Below are positions 37,380 through 46,627 of a stretch of 64,000 nucleotides of DNA, piece after piece. Numbering within the stretch: the first letter of the stretch is position 1; each line of letters begins with the position of its first letter. This DNA is from Candidatus Adlerbacteria bacterium. Lineage in GTDB: Bacteria; Patescibacteriota; Minisyncoccia; Phycocordibacterales; SBAW01. The stretch spans positions 1,675 to 65,674 of the forward strand of contig CAIJFH010000027.1 of assembly GCA_903819895.1 (NCBI GenBank), read 5' to 3'. A model generated the notes under the pieces. That model searched no databases and was not told the origin of the DNA. It worked only from the letters and a program-made list of their open reading frames with translations. The position numbers and the translations under genes were made by a program.

Positions 37380-39437
37380 TTGGGTGTTATCTACCCATTA
37401 CACACGCTTTTTATCTTTTCATCCGTCATGATTAGTTCTTCACACGCAGCTCGTCGCATGTTTGTCGCCACGGTTTCATCTGGTGTATTGGTCGTTGCGC
37501 TCGCACTACTCGCGACACCACAGCGCTCGTTTGCTGCTGGGTCGGGATGTTCGTTGCACAACACGGTTGTCTATACCGTAGCGCACGAGGACGACTCGCT
37601 CTTGTTTCAAAGCCCCGACCTGTTGCACGACATTCAAAATGGCGATTGTGTCCGCACGGTGTTTATGACCGCAGGTGACGCAGGACAGGGCTCGACCTAC
37701 TGGCTTGGTCGCGAACAGGGTGCGCTGGCTGCATACGCAACGATGGCAGGCGTGTCCGACACATGGGCACAATCCGACGCAGGTGTTGCTGGCCGATCGA
37801 TCCCTTTGTTTACTCTTTCAAATAATCCAAAAATATCGGTTGCATTTTTGCGATTGCCAGACGGCGGTGTCGACGGGAGCGGGTTTGGCCACGGGAGTAT
37901 GCAACAGTTGTGGACCGGTGCCACCTCGACCTTGTCGACGGTTGATGGGCTCAATACGTACTCCAAGCAGGACATCGTCAACACACTCGCGACATTGCTC
38001 ATTGCCTATCAACCATCGCGCATCAACACGCAGGACTTTGTGGGCACCTTTGGCGGCGGCGACCATAGCGACCACTACGCGACCGGGCTCTTTACACAGA
38101 GCGCGCAAGCGGCATACCCCACGCCGCACACGCTCTATGGCTATGTGGGCTATTTGTCGGCGCTCCAACCTGCAAACGTGTTTGGTGCCGACCTTGCGGC
38201 AAAGATCCAAGCGTTCTTCGCATATACACCGTTTGATACAGACGCTTGTCAAAATTACGCGAGTTGCGGCGGTGCCTACGATGATTGGCTTAATCGCCAG
38301 TACTACGCGGGCTCCCAAGCAGGCGGCACGGTTGACCAATGCCCCAACCTCGATGGCATGCAAACCACAATCCCGAACGGGTATCAGCTCAACAGTGCTG
38401 GCAACTGTGTGCCGAACCCAAACATCTGCGAGTCGGTGGTGAGCGATACGACTGACCTTGCCAACGGTTTGCCCGTAGTCGCGGCCTTTGTGTCGCCCTT
38501 GTGGACAGCGGGTGCAAATATCCCAGGTGCCACATGGATCTGGAACGCATACCATGTCACCGACCCAGCAAACGGCGAGACGGTCACCTTTAGCAAAACC
38601 GTCTTTGCCACCACCACACCCACAAACGCATCCATTGTTGTTGCGGCAGATGATACCTTTACTGCGTCGCTCAATGGGACACAATTTGCCTCAAGCTCGG
38701 CAGCGGGGTTGTACTTGGCGGGCAATGAGCAGACCTACGACGTCACCGCGCTTATGCACGCGGGGTCAAACACATTGACCTTTGCGGTGCACAACATGGC
38801 AACCGGCGACACCAACCCCGAGCTAAACCCCGCAGGTCTTCGCTATAAACTTGATATCACCGAAGCATCGTGTGTTGCCACTTCGACCGCAACCTCGACA
38901 CCCGTCGTGCCGGCCCCAACCCCAGCACCCACGCCGGCCCCGGTCATCTTCCCAATAATCCCGCCAGTGTCTGGTGGCGGCGGCGGGATTCTCTCCGGCC
39001 CGCTGTCGTTCGGATACCATATACCAGCGCCCGTGGTCGCACCAACCACACCAACAGGCCAAGTGCTCGGCGCCTCGGCATACAACTTTACCGTTGACCT
39101 TTCGCTCGGATCCAACGGGGCGGCAGTGACGGCGCTGCAGCAACTGCTCTTGCAGGGCGGATTCTACAACGGCCCGATTACTGGCTACTTTGGCCCGATG
39201 ACGCTCGCGGCAGTAAAGAAGTTTCAGATTGCGCACAAAATTACTCCGGCAAACGGCTACGTTGGCCCAACCACCCGCACGATACTCAACCAAGGTGTAA
39301 CACCAAAAACAGCTAACGCCGGGTCGTCTACACCGCTCACGGCGGCACAAATCCAGTCGCTCGTACTCCTCTTGCAATCCCTCGGTGCGGACGCAACAAC
39401 AATCAACATCGTCAACACAGCGCTGAGCACTCGATAA
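37380..39437 (+). CDS. Secreted PIG-L/LmbE-family N-acetylglucosaminyl deacetylase fused to beta-sandwich and C-terminal peptidoglycan-binding domain
   Basis: VAHEDDSLLF and GGGDHSDHYATG are LmbE motifs. The Pro/Thr linker is APTPAPTPAP. The PG_binding_1-like segment is AAVTALQQLLLQGGFYNGPITGYFGPMTLAAVKKFQ. The start may be internal (37428). Confidence 0.75.
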   Translation: MGVIYPLHTLFIFSSVMISSSHAARRMFVATVSSGVLVVALALLATPQRSFAAGSGCSLHNTVVYTVAHEDDSLLFQSPDLLHDIQNGDCVRTVFMTAGDAGQGSTYWLGREQGALAAYATMAGVSDTWAQSDAGVAGRSIPLFTLSNNPKISVAFLRLPDGGVDGSGFGHGSMQQLWTGATSTLSTVDGLNTYSKQDIVNTLATLLIAYQPSRINTQDFVGTFGGGDHSDHYATGLFTQSAQAAYPTPHTLYGYVGYLSALQPANVFGADLAAKIQAFFAYTPFDTDACQNYASCGGAYDDWLNRQYYAGSQAGGTVDQCPNLDGMQTTIPNGYQLNSAGNCVPNPNICESVVSDTTDLANGLPVVAAFVSPLWTAGANIPGATWIWNAYHVTDPANGETVTFSKTVFATTTPTNASIVVAADDTFTASLNGTQFASSSAAGLYLAGNEQTYDVTALMHAGSNTLTFAVHNMATGDTNPELNPAGLRYKLDITEASCVATSTATSTPVVPAPTPAPTPAPVIFPIIPPVSGGGGGILSGPLSFGYHIPAPVVAPTTPTGQVLGASAYNFTVDLSLGSNGAAVTALQQLLLQGGFYNGPITGYFGPMTLAAVKKFQIAHKITPANGYVGPTTRTILNQGVTPKTANAGSSTPLTAAQIQSLVLLLQSLGADATTINIVNTALSTR

Positions 39438-39461
39438 TACTAGTGGTGCTATCATATACGT

Positions 39462-40406
39462 ATGACGGCAAAAAAAGGAGGTAGTCGTATCCGGCACCTA
39501 CTGCGCTACGAAGTCGTTGCTGGTGTACTCGTGTGTGTCCTGCTGGTCGAGGTGTTTGGGGTGCTGCAATCGTTTCGACTACAAAACTCTGCAACGCAAA
39601 TTGGTGTCGTGTTGCCAGCGGTGATTGTCGACATAACCAACGCACAACGTACGTCCAATGATCTCGGCACACTGACCCCAAACGCGACACTCGCCACAGC
39701 GGCACAAGCAGCGGCAGATGACATGGCAACCGAAGGGTACTTCGCGCACGTGAGCCCCAATGGGACAACGCCCTGGGATTGGCTCGCGCAGGCGGGGTAC
39801 TCCTACCAGTACGCGGGGGAGAATCTTGCCGTTAATTTTGATGATTCGCGACAACTGGTCGACGCGTGGATGAGCTCGCCCACGCACCGTGCCAACATCT
39901 TGGGCCAACACTTCACGGAGATCGGTGTTGGCATGGCGACCGGCACCTACCAAGGTCACATCGCGGTGTTTGTCGTGCAATTTTTTGGCTCACCGCTGCT
40001 TGCGACCCCATCAACATCTGCCAAACACGCCAGCCCGGTCGGGCACAATTCAGTCACCACATCTACACAACATACCGCTGCCCAAGATCTTGCAGTGGCG
40101 ACTCCACAACCAATACTTCCTGCGCTGCCAGCTGTTGCTGCTGCCGAGACCGAGGTTGCTACATCCCCGCACACCTACGCCACCGACGTGCTTGTTGCTA
40201 TCGGCACCGTGTTTGCGCTACTCCTCGTTGCTGGTGTCGTCCCCACACTGCGCCGCCTCCTTCATCCACATGCGCTTATCAACGGTGCAGCTCTGGTTGT
40301 GGTTATTATCGGATTATTGGTGCTCAACGAGCAGGTTCTCTTTGCAAACGTCACACTTCCTGCTGATACACAGAGTGCTAGTGTCGTCATGCAACAATCA
40401 CAGTAG
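39462..40406 (+). CDS. CAP/SCP (PR-1-like, YkwD-type) domain membrane protein
   Basis: GYFAHVSPNG...YAGENLAVNF...WMSSPTHRANIL...EIGVG is a CAP-domain signature. There are N-terminal and C-terminal TM helices. Confidence 0.75.
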   Translation: MTAKKGGSRIRHLLRYEVVAGVLVCVLLVEVFGVLQSFRLQNSATQIGVVLPAVIVDITNAQRTSNDLGTLTPNATLATAAQAAADDMATEGYFAHVSPNGTTPWDWLAQAGYSYQYAGENLAVNFDDSRQLVDAWMSSPTHRANILGQHFTEIGVGMATGTYQGHIAVFVVQFFGSPLLATPSTSAKHASPVGHNSVTTSTQHTAAQDLAVATPQPILPALPAVAAAETEVATSPHTYATDVLVAIGTVFALLLVAGVVPTLRRLLHPHALINGAALVVVIIGLLVLNEQVLFANVTLPADTQSASVVMQQSQ

Positions 40407-40424
40407 GTAGGGTATACTGGGGAG

Positions 40425-41735
40425 ATGAAAGGACGCTCCGCGTATCGTCGTCTCTTGTTTGTTGGGCTGGGCGCCTCGGTGGTGTTGGTGGGGCTCGTTG
40501 TAGCATATGCACGCCTCAGCACCAACCAACCAATACTGCTAACCGGATTGTTCCACGGGCCGCGCTACGACTCGTCGACATTACTGCCCGACACCTCCAT
40601 CGTGGCGAGTGTCGTGCACAGCATTTCTCACCGACAAACTCGGCCGACCACCACTCGCGGGCAAACCGGCGGTAGCACCGCAACAACCACCACAGGTAGC
40701 ACAAGCACAACGACACCAACACAAACAACGTCCGCATCAAAAACAGTGGCGTTTGGTATCGCCGCGGGTGGCGGGCTTACCGACCTCGACCAGCCAGCAC
40801 TCAACACCTACTTTCAAGCGCTCAAGACGCTGGGTGTCCAATGGGTGCGTTGGGATATCGATTGGGGAGTGGTACAACCAGATGATGCGACGCACTACAA
40901 CTGGGCAGCAATCGACCGCGTCGCAGCGACCGCCAAACAATATGGCATCAACTCGCTCGCGATCCTGACCTACACCCCTGCGTGGGCATACCCCAGCGGC
41001 TGCACTATGAGCCAGTGCCTCCCAGCCGACCCGAGCGCGTTCGCTACATTTGCTGGTGCTGCCGCCGCACGCTACAAGGACACCATCCACACCTGGGAGA
41101 TTTGGAACGAGCCCAACGTCGCACCAAATGCAAATGTTGCTGTCTATAGCACCGTGCTGCGCGGCAGCTACAGCGCCATCAAAGCAGTCGACCCAAGCGC
41201 CATGGTGCTGAGCGGTGGGCTCGCGCCAGCAGCCGACGGGGGTGGCAACATCGCTCCTGCAACATTTGTCCAAGCGCTCTATGCCGACCAAGACCGCGCC
41301 TACTTTGACGCGCTTGCGCTCCACCCTTACACCTACCCTGTGTCGGTTGGCTATCAAGCGATATGGAACAGCTGGTTGCAAATGGCGATTATTCAAAACA
41401 GTATGCAGGCCAACGGCGATGGCGCTAAAAAAATATGGATTACCGAGTTTGGGTCGCCAACCAACGGGCCGGGCTCGCTCCGACAGCAAAACCAACTCAC
41501 CTTTGTGTACGGGTCGGACTATTTGTCCGAACAAACACAGCAGACACTCCTGCAAGATGCGCTCGCGTACTACATACAAAACAGCGCATCCTTTGGGCCG
41601 TTCTTTTTTTACAGTTTGCATGACAACGGCACCAACACCAACACGCCAGAAAACTTTTTTGGCCTGCTGCGCTACGACTGGAGCCAAAAACCCGCGTATC
41701 AAACCTTCCAGCAAACCATCGCGCAGTATAAGTAA
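40425..41735 (+). CDS. Clan GH-A (GH5-like) glycoside hydrolase, paralog 2
   Basis: WEIWNEPN and IWITEFG are present. A Thr-rich linker follows the TM anchor. The product is collinear with the 36198-37370 protein. Confidence 0.75.
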   Translation: MKGRSAYRRLLFVGLGASVVLVGLVVAYARLSTNQPILLTGLFHGPRYDSSTLLPDTSIVASVVHSISHRQTRPTTTRGQTGGSTATTTTGSTSTTTPTQTTSASKTVAFGIAAGGGLTDLDQPALNTYFQALKTLGVQWVRWDIDWGVVQPDDATHYNWAAIDRVAATAKQYGINSLAILTYTPAWAYPSGCTMSQCLPADPSAFATFAGAAAARYKDTIHTWEIWNEPNVAPNANVAVYSTVLRGSYSAIKAVDPSAMVLSGGLAPAADGGGNIAPATFVQALYADQDRAYFDALALHPYTYPVSVGYQAIWNSWLQMAIIQNSMQANGDGAKKIWITEFGSPTNGPGSLRQQNQLTFVYGSDYLSEQTQQTLLQDALAYYIQNSASFGPFFFYSLHDNGTNTNTPENFFGLLRYDWSQKPAYQTFQQTIAQYK

Positions 41736-41832
41736 TCATTCTTGCCACATATAAAAAGAGAAGCGCCGAGGTTTAACCTCGGCGCTGATTGCTGCGTCCT
41801 TCTGTTTGAGATACTAGCGTGCGTATGGCTCG

Positions 41833-42420
41833 TTACGCGACCTCTGTCATCCTCGTTGCAAGATACTGCTCCCACCGTGGGCGCCACCTGTCTGCGGTTA
41901 CGATGAGGTGCACTTCATCTACAAACGTACCGTCTTTGGCGCGAATCCACTGCGGCAGCCGCCCAACTTCTTCGTACCCACACTTGCGTGCATAGGCGAT
42001 ACTCCGCTCATTAAACGCAAAGACGGGCGATAAGATGCACCGTAAGCCGAGCGTGTTGAACGCAAAGTCGAGCAACAGCATCTTCGCTTCGGTGCCGTAC
42101 CCCTTGCTGTACGCTGTCTTGTCCCAAATTACGCTCCCTGTCTTTGCGGTACCGTCCTTCCAGTTGATAGCATGCAGACCCATGGTGCCAATGAGTGCTT
42201 CGGTATTGTTGAGCATAATACCAAAGACGAAGTTTTTGTCGCTTTTGTTGAGTCCTGCAAGAACCTCTTCCTCTTCCTGCAAACTAATAGGCATCCAGCG
42301 TGCCAAGTACTGGGTGATGTCTGGGTCGTTCATAGCGATACATGCCGCACGCGCATCCGACTGCTCGACGATGCACAGCGACACGGCGATATGCCCGCGA
42401 CGAAAGATAATCCTGCTCAT
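41833..42420 (-). CDS. GNAT family N-acetyltransferase (RimJ/RimL-like)
   Basis: The Acetyltransf_3 pattern is present (FGIMLNNTEALIGTMGLHAINWKDGTAKTGSVIWDKTAYSKGYGTEA). Confidence 0.75.
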   Translation of the reverse strand: MSRIIFRRGHIAVSLCIVEQSDARAACIAMNDPDITQYLARWMPISLQEEEEVLAGLNKSDKNFVFGIMLNNTEALIGTMGLHAINWKDGTAKTGSVIWDKTAYSKGYGTEAKMLLLDFAFNTLGLRCILSPVFAFNERSIAYARKCGYEEVGRLPQWIRAKDGTFVDEVHLIVTADRWRPRWEQYLATRMTEVA

Positions 42421-42757
42421 GTGTTTTCTCCATAGTGTGTGTTGCTGTCAAAGATCTGCCGGAATACAAAAAACCCTCGGGCTTTGTATCCAGCCGAGGG
42501 GTTTCTAGGAGTGTGGTTTTCTAGTTCGATTACGAGGTCATACAAAATCCACGGCTGTATACAAGCTGGCTCTGCTCCTGCTTGTCGGAGACGACAGCAA
42601 AGAGCGCCCGGGTAGTCGGGGCAATAGCGCACGTATACATCTGGTGGACTGCGTATTTCATACTCTTACAAACTACACAAATATAGCCGTTGTGTCAATA
42701 CCTCGCAAAATACATAGGACGGACCTATGTAGACGGAGAATTTGCTATACTGCCGCT

Positions 42758-43417
42758 ATGGAAATCGTATCAACCACTATGACCACCGAGGAACTGATAC
42801 AAATTGTCTGGGACTACCAGTTGATGCATCAAGAGTTGTGCAAGGCGGATGCTCTTGTCGTGCTCGGCAATCACGATGTCCAAGTTGCTGAGTATGCAGC
42901 CAAGCTCTATCTCGACGGATGGGCGCCGCTACTCGTCTTTTCGGGCGGGTCGGGGAGGTCAACCGAGCAGTGGCAAAAAACTGAGGCCGAGATATTTACC
43001 AACGCAGCTGTGCGACTTGGTGTGCCCGCGGAGAAGATCCTGCTCGAGCGTAAAGCCGCCAACACAGGCGAGAATATTTTGTTTACGAAGGCGCTACTTG
43101 AAGAGAAGCGCATCGAGGTGCGCCAGATTATCGTCGTACAAAAGCCCTACATGGAGCGTCGTTCGTATGCTACCTGCAAAAAGCTTTGGCCCGAGGTCGA
43201 CGTCGTGGTCACCTCGCCGCCGATAGCGTGCAAGGACTATGCGCCCGCGGGCGTGTCGCGCGACCAATGGGTGAGTATTATGGTCGGCGACCTTCAGCGC
43301 ATCAAACTCTATGCCGAAAAAGGATTTATGATCCCGCAAGAAATCCCCGCAGACGTCTGGGCAGCGTATGAGGAACTTGTCGCGCGCGGCTATGACGCAC
43401 ATGTACTAAAAGAGTAG
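42758..43417 (+). CDS. DUF218/YdcF-like (ElyC/SanA family) protein
   Basis: ALVVLGNHD...LVFSGG...GVPAEKILLERKAANTGEN is the YdcF signature. The start is ATG 42758 (ORF from 42644). Confidence 0.75.
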   Translation: MEIVSTTMTTEELIQIVWDYQLMHQELCKADALVVLGNHDVQVAEYAAKLYLDGWAPLLVFSGGSGRSTEQWQKTEAEIFTNAAVRLGVPAEKILLERKAANTGENILFTKALLEEKRIEVRQIIVVQKPYMERRSYATCKKLWPEVDVVVTSPPIACKDYAPAGVSRDQWVSIMVGDLQRIKLYAEKGFMIPQEIPADVWAAYEELVARGYDAHVLKE

Positions 43418-43488
43418 AGAATACGGAGGTCCGTCCTCCGTGGTGTGAGGAGGGTAGGAAAACTGGTGTATCGTGGTATACTGTTTGT

Positions 43489-43692
43489 ATGATTACTGCG
43501 GGATTTAAAAACGTCGTTTGGCGGGAAGGGGGGCAGTATGTTGCCCAGTCCTTAAACGTGGACGTATCAAGTTTTGGAAATACACGAACAGAGGCGCTGT
43601 CTAACCTCAAAGAGGCACTCGAGTTGTATTTTGAAGACGCTCCCGCTGGCGCTGCGTCTTCGGTCGAAGAGCCCGAGATTGTGTCCATCTAA
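43489..43692 (+). CDS. hicB: HicB-family antitoxin (UPF0150)
   Basis: GGQYVAQSLNVDVSSFGNTRTEALSNLKEALELYFED resembles the HicB N-terminal domain. Confidence 0.65.
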   Translation: MITAGFKNVVWREGGQYVAQSLNVDVSSFGNTRTEALSNLKEALELYFEDAPAGAASSVEEPEIVSI

Positions 43693-43696
43693 GTGT

Positions 43697-43909
43697 ATGT
43701 CGAGGTTGCACTCCTCAAACCATATTATTTCTGTGTTAGAGCAAAACGACTTCTATTTTGTTTCGCAAAAAGGAAGTCATGCAAAGTATCGCAAAGAAAG
43801 CAATGGCAAGACACTCACCGTCATTGTGCCAGTAGACAAAAAAGAAATCCCTCGCGGCACATTCCGATCAATATTGCGGCAATCGCAACTAACACCACAG
43901 GATTTTTAA
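43697..43909 (+). CDS. hicA: HicA-family mRNA interferase toxin
   Basis: QKGSHAKYRKESNGKTLTVIVPVDKKEIPRGTFRSILRQSQL matches the HicA (YcfA-like) motif. The ATG lies 5 nt after the hicB stop. Confidence 0.7.
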   Translation: MSRLHSSNHIISVLEQNDFYFVSQKGSHAKYRKESNGKTLTVIVPVDKKEIPRGTFRSILRQSQLTPQDF

Positions 43910-43917
43910 AAACTATT

Positions 43918-44358
43918 ATGAACCAGGACAAGAAGTTTGAGATACGCTGTCGCGGAGTGATTGTGCACGAGGGGAAGTTGCTTGTAGTCAAACACACACA
44001 TGACACCACGTTTGCCGCGCTCCCGGGCGGGCACTTGGAGTTTGGCGAGGATGTGCAGGAGTGCCTGCGACGCGAGCTGGTCGAGGAACTTGGTATCGAA
44101 CCCGAGATTGGACGATTGTTGTATGTCAACACATATATCGAGTCCTACGGCGCACAGCCAGTGGAGTTCTTCTTCGAGATTCTAAACGGCGACGCATATG
44201 CAAAAGGGAGCAATGTTGCAGCGACGCATGCACACGAGCTTGCGGCAGTTGTTTGGATGCACCCTTCCGACGACATCCTACTGCGCCCAACCCAGTTTGC
44301 CGATGACTTTCGCGCAGGGGAATTGTTTGCAGACGAAGTGCGGTATATCAAGAAGTAA
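43918..44358 (+). CDS. NUDIX hydrolase
   Basis: The Nudix box GGHLEFGEDVQECLRRELVEELGI is present. The start is ATG 43918 (ORF from 43693). Confidence 0.8.
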   Translation: MNQDKKFEIRCRGVIVHEGKLLVVKHTHDTTFAALPGGHLEFGEDVQECLRRELVEELGIEPEIGRLLYVNTYIESYGAQPVEFFFEILNGDAYAKGSNVAATHAHELAAVVWMHPSDDILLRPTQFADDFRAGELFADEVRYIKK

Positions 44359-44381
44359 GAAAATGAGCTCCCAATACTTTT

Positions 44382-45143
44382 ATGATTGGTGAAAGTCAGA
44401 CAGAAAAACACCTGTTAAATGAAATTTTGGCAGATTTTGTATTCTTTACAAATCCTGAGCTCATGAAAGATGAATTTCGCCTACTGGTCGATACTTCTTC
44501 CGCAGATATTTCCCAAATAGAGAAATACCGCACCCTTCTTTCAAATATCCAATATGCATGGCAGAAAACCTTGAAGTATAGCATTTATTTTGCAGAGTTT
44601 TATCCGCCAGAGTCTAGGATAGAAAAAATTGAGGCGCTGAATCACCACACACATGCATATTTGCAGGATGCTGATACTTTGAAAAACAAAATAGAAATCT
44701 TTTTACAAACACTCAAAAAGGATTTAACTAAAACTGCATTAAACAAAGATGACGTGCGAGATTTTGTTGATGCTGGGATAGAAAAAACATACGGAGTCTT
44801 CGAGAACATTCTTAAACATCGACACGCTCATGTCCACTATGGTATGCGTTTTGTGGATGGCGATTTACTTAAAGCTGAGAATGCTCAAGTGACTCTGGTG
44901 ATGTTTGAAAAACCACCTTTTAACTCAATGTTGAATCCAGATCGTAAACCTGAACTTGTTGCAAAACTAGAAAAACAAAAAGATGAGTCTTTTGAGGTTG
45001 CCAAGGTGCGCTGGGTATCGACCGCTCAGAGAAACGATGAACAGATATCTGGCTTTCTGCGCGCTCTCCTGTTTGCATTACGGCCCAGTTTCTATGAGTT
45101 TCTTGGCATTCGTTCTGTGAAAGAGTTAATTATCTCCGAATAG
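44382..45143 (+). CDS. Hypothetical AT-rich protein with HEPN-like Rx4HxH motif (KHRHAHVH)
   Basis: GC is about 38%. There is no clear family. The R-x4-H motif is consistent with a HEPN fold but weak. Confidence 0.45.
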   Translation: MIGESQTEKHLLNEILADFVFFTNPELMKDEFRLLVDTSSADISQIEKYRTLLSNIQYAWQKTLKYSIYFAEFYPPESRIEKIEALNHHTHAYLQDADTLKNKIEIFLQTLKKDLTKTALNKDDVRDFVDAGIEKTYGVFENILKHRHAHVHYGMRFVDGDLLKAENAQVTLVMFEKPPFNSMLNPDRKPELVAKLEKQKDESFEVAKVRWVSTAQRNDEQISGFLRALLFALRPSFYEFLGIRSVKELIISE

Positions 45144-45150
45144 AATGACA

Positions 45151-45171
45151 ATCCAAGGGTAACCCTTGGAT
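45151..45171. repeat. Palindromic intergenic element ATCCAAGGGTAACCCTTGGAT (copy 1 of 4; others at 45653-45673, 46538-46556, 62933-62952)
   Basis: The same 19-21 nt perfect palindrome (stem TCCAAGGG, loop TAA) recurs immediately 3' of stop codons. Confidence 0.7.
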
Positions 45172-45221
45172 TGTAGCGACCATGGATGTCCGTCCTCTGT
45201 AGAGTTTGCTATACTGCTGTT

Positions 45222-45650
45222 ATGGATGAAGAATATATGCGTCGTGCTATTGCGCAGGCGAAACAGTCCAAGCAATATATTGGCTGCGGCGTAGTGATAG
45301 TAAAAGACGGGCACATTCTCGCAGAGACATACAACAAACAAAAAGAGTCATGCGATGCCACTGCGCATGCGGAGATTTTAGCAATACGCGCTGCGGGTGG
45401 GCAGCTTGGGCAAAAAGATCTGGATGGTTGTACCGTCTACTGCACCTGCGAGCCATGCACGATGTGTCTGTCGGCAATCATCTTTGCAAAAGTTCCACGA
45501 CTGGTTTATGGCACCTCGATGCAGGAGACATTTCCCGATAACTTGCCAATTACGCTCACCAGCCAAGAGTTGCTCGCGCACGCGCCCCATCATATCGACA
45601 TTGTTTCAGGGTACTTGCACGACGAATGCGCGACATTGTTGAGCAAATAG
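45222..45650 (+). CDS. Cytidine/deoxycytidylate deaminase-family protein (TadA-like)
   Basis: HAEILAI and CEPCTMC zinc ligand motifs are present. The start is ATG 45222 (ORF from 45186). Confidence 0.8.
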   Translation: MDEEYMRRAIAQAKQSKQYIGCGVVIVKDGHILAETYNKQKESCDATAHAEILAIRAAGGQLGQKDLDGCTVYCTCEPCTMCLSAIIFAKVPRLVYGTSMQETFPDNLPITLTSQELLAHAPHHIDIVSGYLHDECATLLSK

Positions 45651-45701
45651 TCATCCAAGGGTAACCCTTGGATTGTGATAAAATACGCCCAGTTGTAGTA
45701 T

Positions 45702-46022
45702 GTGGTTATGGGGAAGTATAAAGTCGTGGTAACTGTTCCAGTAAGTCATGCCAATATGGTGCGTGAGGCGATTGGGCAAGCTGGCGGTGGCAGAGTCGGC
45801 AACTACTCTTTTTGTAGTTTTTCGGTGCGCGGTGTTGGGCGTTTTAAGCCGAACGAACATGCGCGTCCGTTCGTGGGCGGGACTGGATTGCTGGAGGAGG
45901 TCGAGGAAGAGCGGATAGAGGTAACTTGCGATGCTGCCGAGCTTGATGCGGTAGTTGCTGCAATCAAACGTGTGCATCCGTACGAAGAAGTTGTGCTGGA
46001 TGTGTATGAATTAAATTCATGA
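45702..46022 (+). CDS. Small NIF3-C-terminal-like/PII-like fold protein, function unknown
   Basis: GNYSFCSF...GRFKPNEHARPFVGGTG...RIEVTCDAAELDAVVAAIKRVHPYEEVVLDVYEL resembles the NIF3 C-terminal segment. Confidence 0.5.
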   Translation: MVMGKYKVVVTVPVSHANMVREAIGQAGGGRVGNYSFCSFSVRGVGRFKPNEHARPFVGGTGLLEEVEEERIEVTCDAAELDAVVAAIKRVHPYEEVVLDVYELNS

Positions 46023-46528
46023 GAATCACCATCATCGGACATTGTGGGAGTGGGAAGAGTACGCTCGCGGCACAAATCAGCGAGAAGTTGCATATCCCGT
46101 ACCTCCACCTAGACCGATTGTGGTTTGAGGCGGGTGGGCACGTCGTGCCCAAGAGTGACACCGTTGCTCGAAAGAAGATGGACGAGACGATTAGGGAGCG
46201 TGCGCAAGAGTTCGTACGACAAGATGCGTGGGTGTCCGACGGCTGGCACGGAACGATACAGCCCGTCATTGTCGAGCGTGCCGACCAGATTGTCTTTCTC
46301 GACATCCCGCTATGGCGACGAGTGTGGAATCATATCTATCGCATATTTTTTACGACACGACACGCAGAACTTACAAAGTGGCAGGATTTCAAATTTACGT
46401 GGCAGATTATCCGGCGCACCTACCGACACGGTCCCGCGATGCGCGCCTTTATCCACGAACATGCCGACAAGGTGGTCACCCTTCGCAACTATGCTGCAGT
46501 AAAGCGATATGTGGCGGGGTTGCAGTAA
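46019..46528 (+). CDS. P-loop NTPase (adenylate-kinase-like/topology modulation protein-like)
   Basis: The Walker A sequence IIGHCGSGKSTLA is present. Confidence 0.65.
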   Translation: MRITIIGHCGSGKSTLAAQISEKLHIPYLHLDRLWFEAGGHVVPKSDTVARKKMDETIRERAQEFVRQDAWVSDGWHGTIQPVIVERADQIVFLDIPLWRRVWNHIYRIFFTTRHAELTKWQDFKFTWQIIRRTYRHGPAMRAFIHEHADKVVTLRNYAAVKRYVAGLQ

Positions 46529-46627
46529 TTGAGCTGTACAAGGGTAACCCTTGGATTATACAAAGGACTGTCCTCTGTACGCAAAAAGGTAATGCGCTAA
46601 ACATCTTCACTGTGCTATATTTCCATC

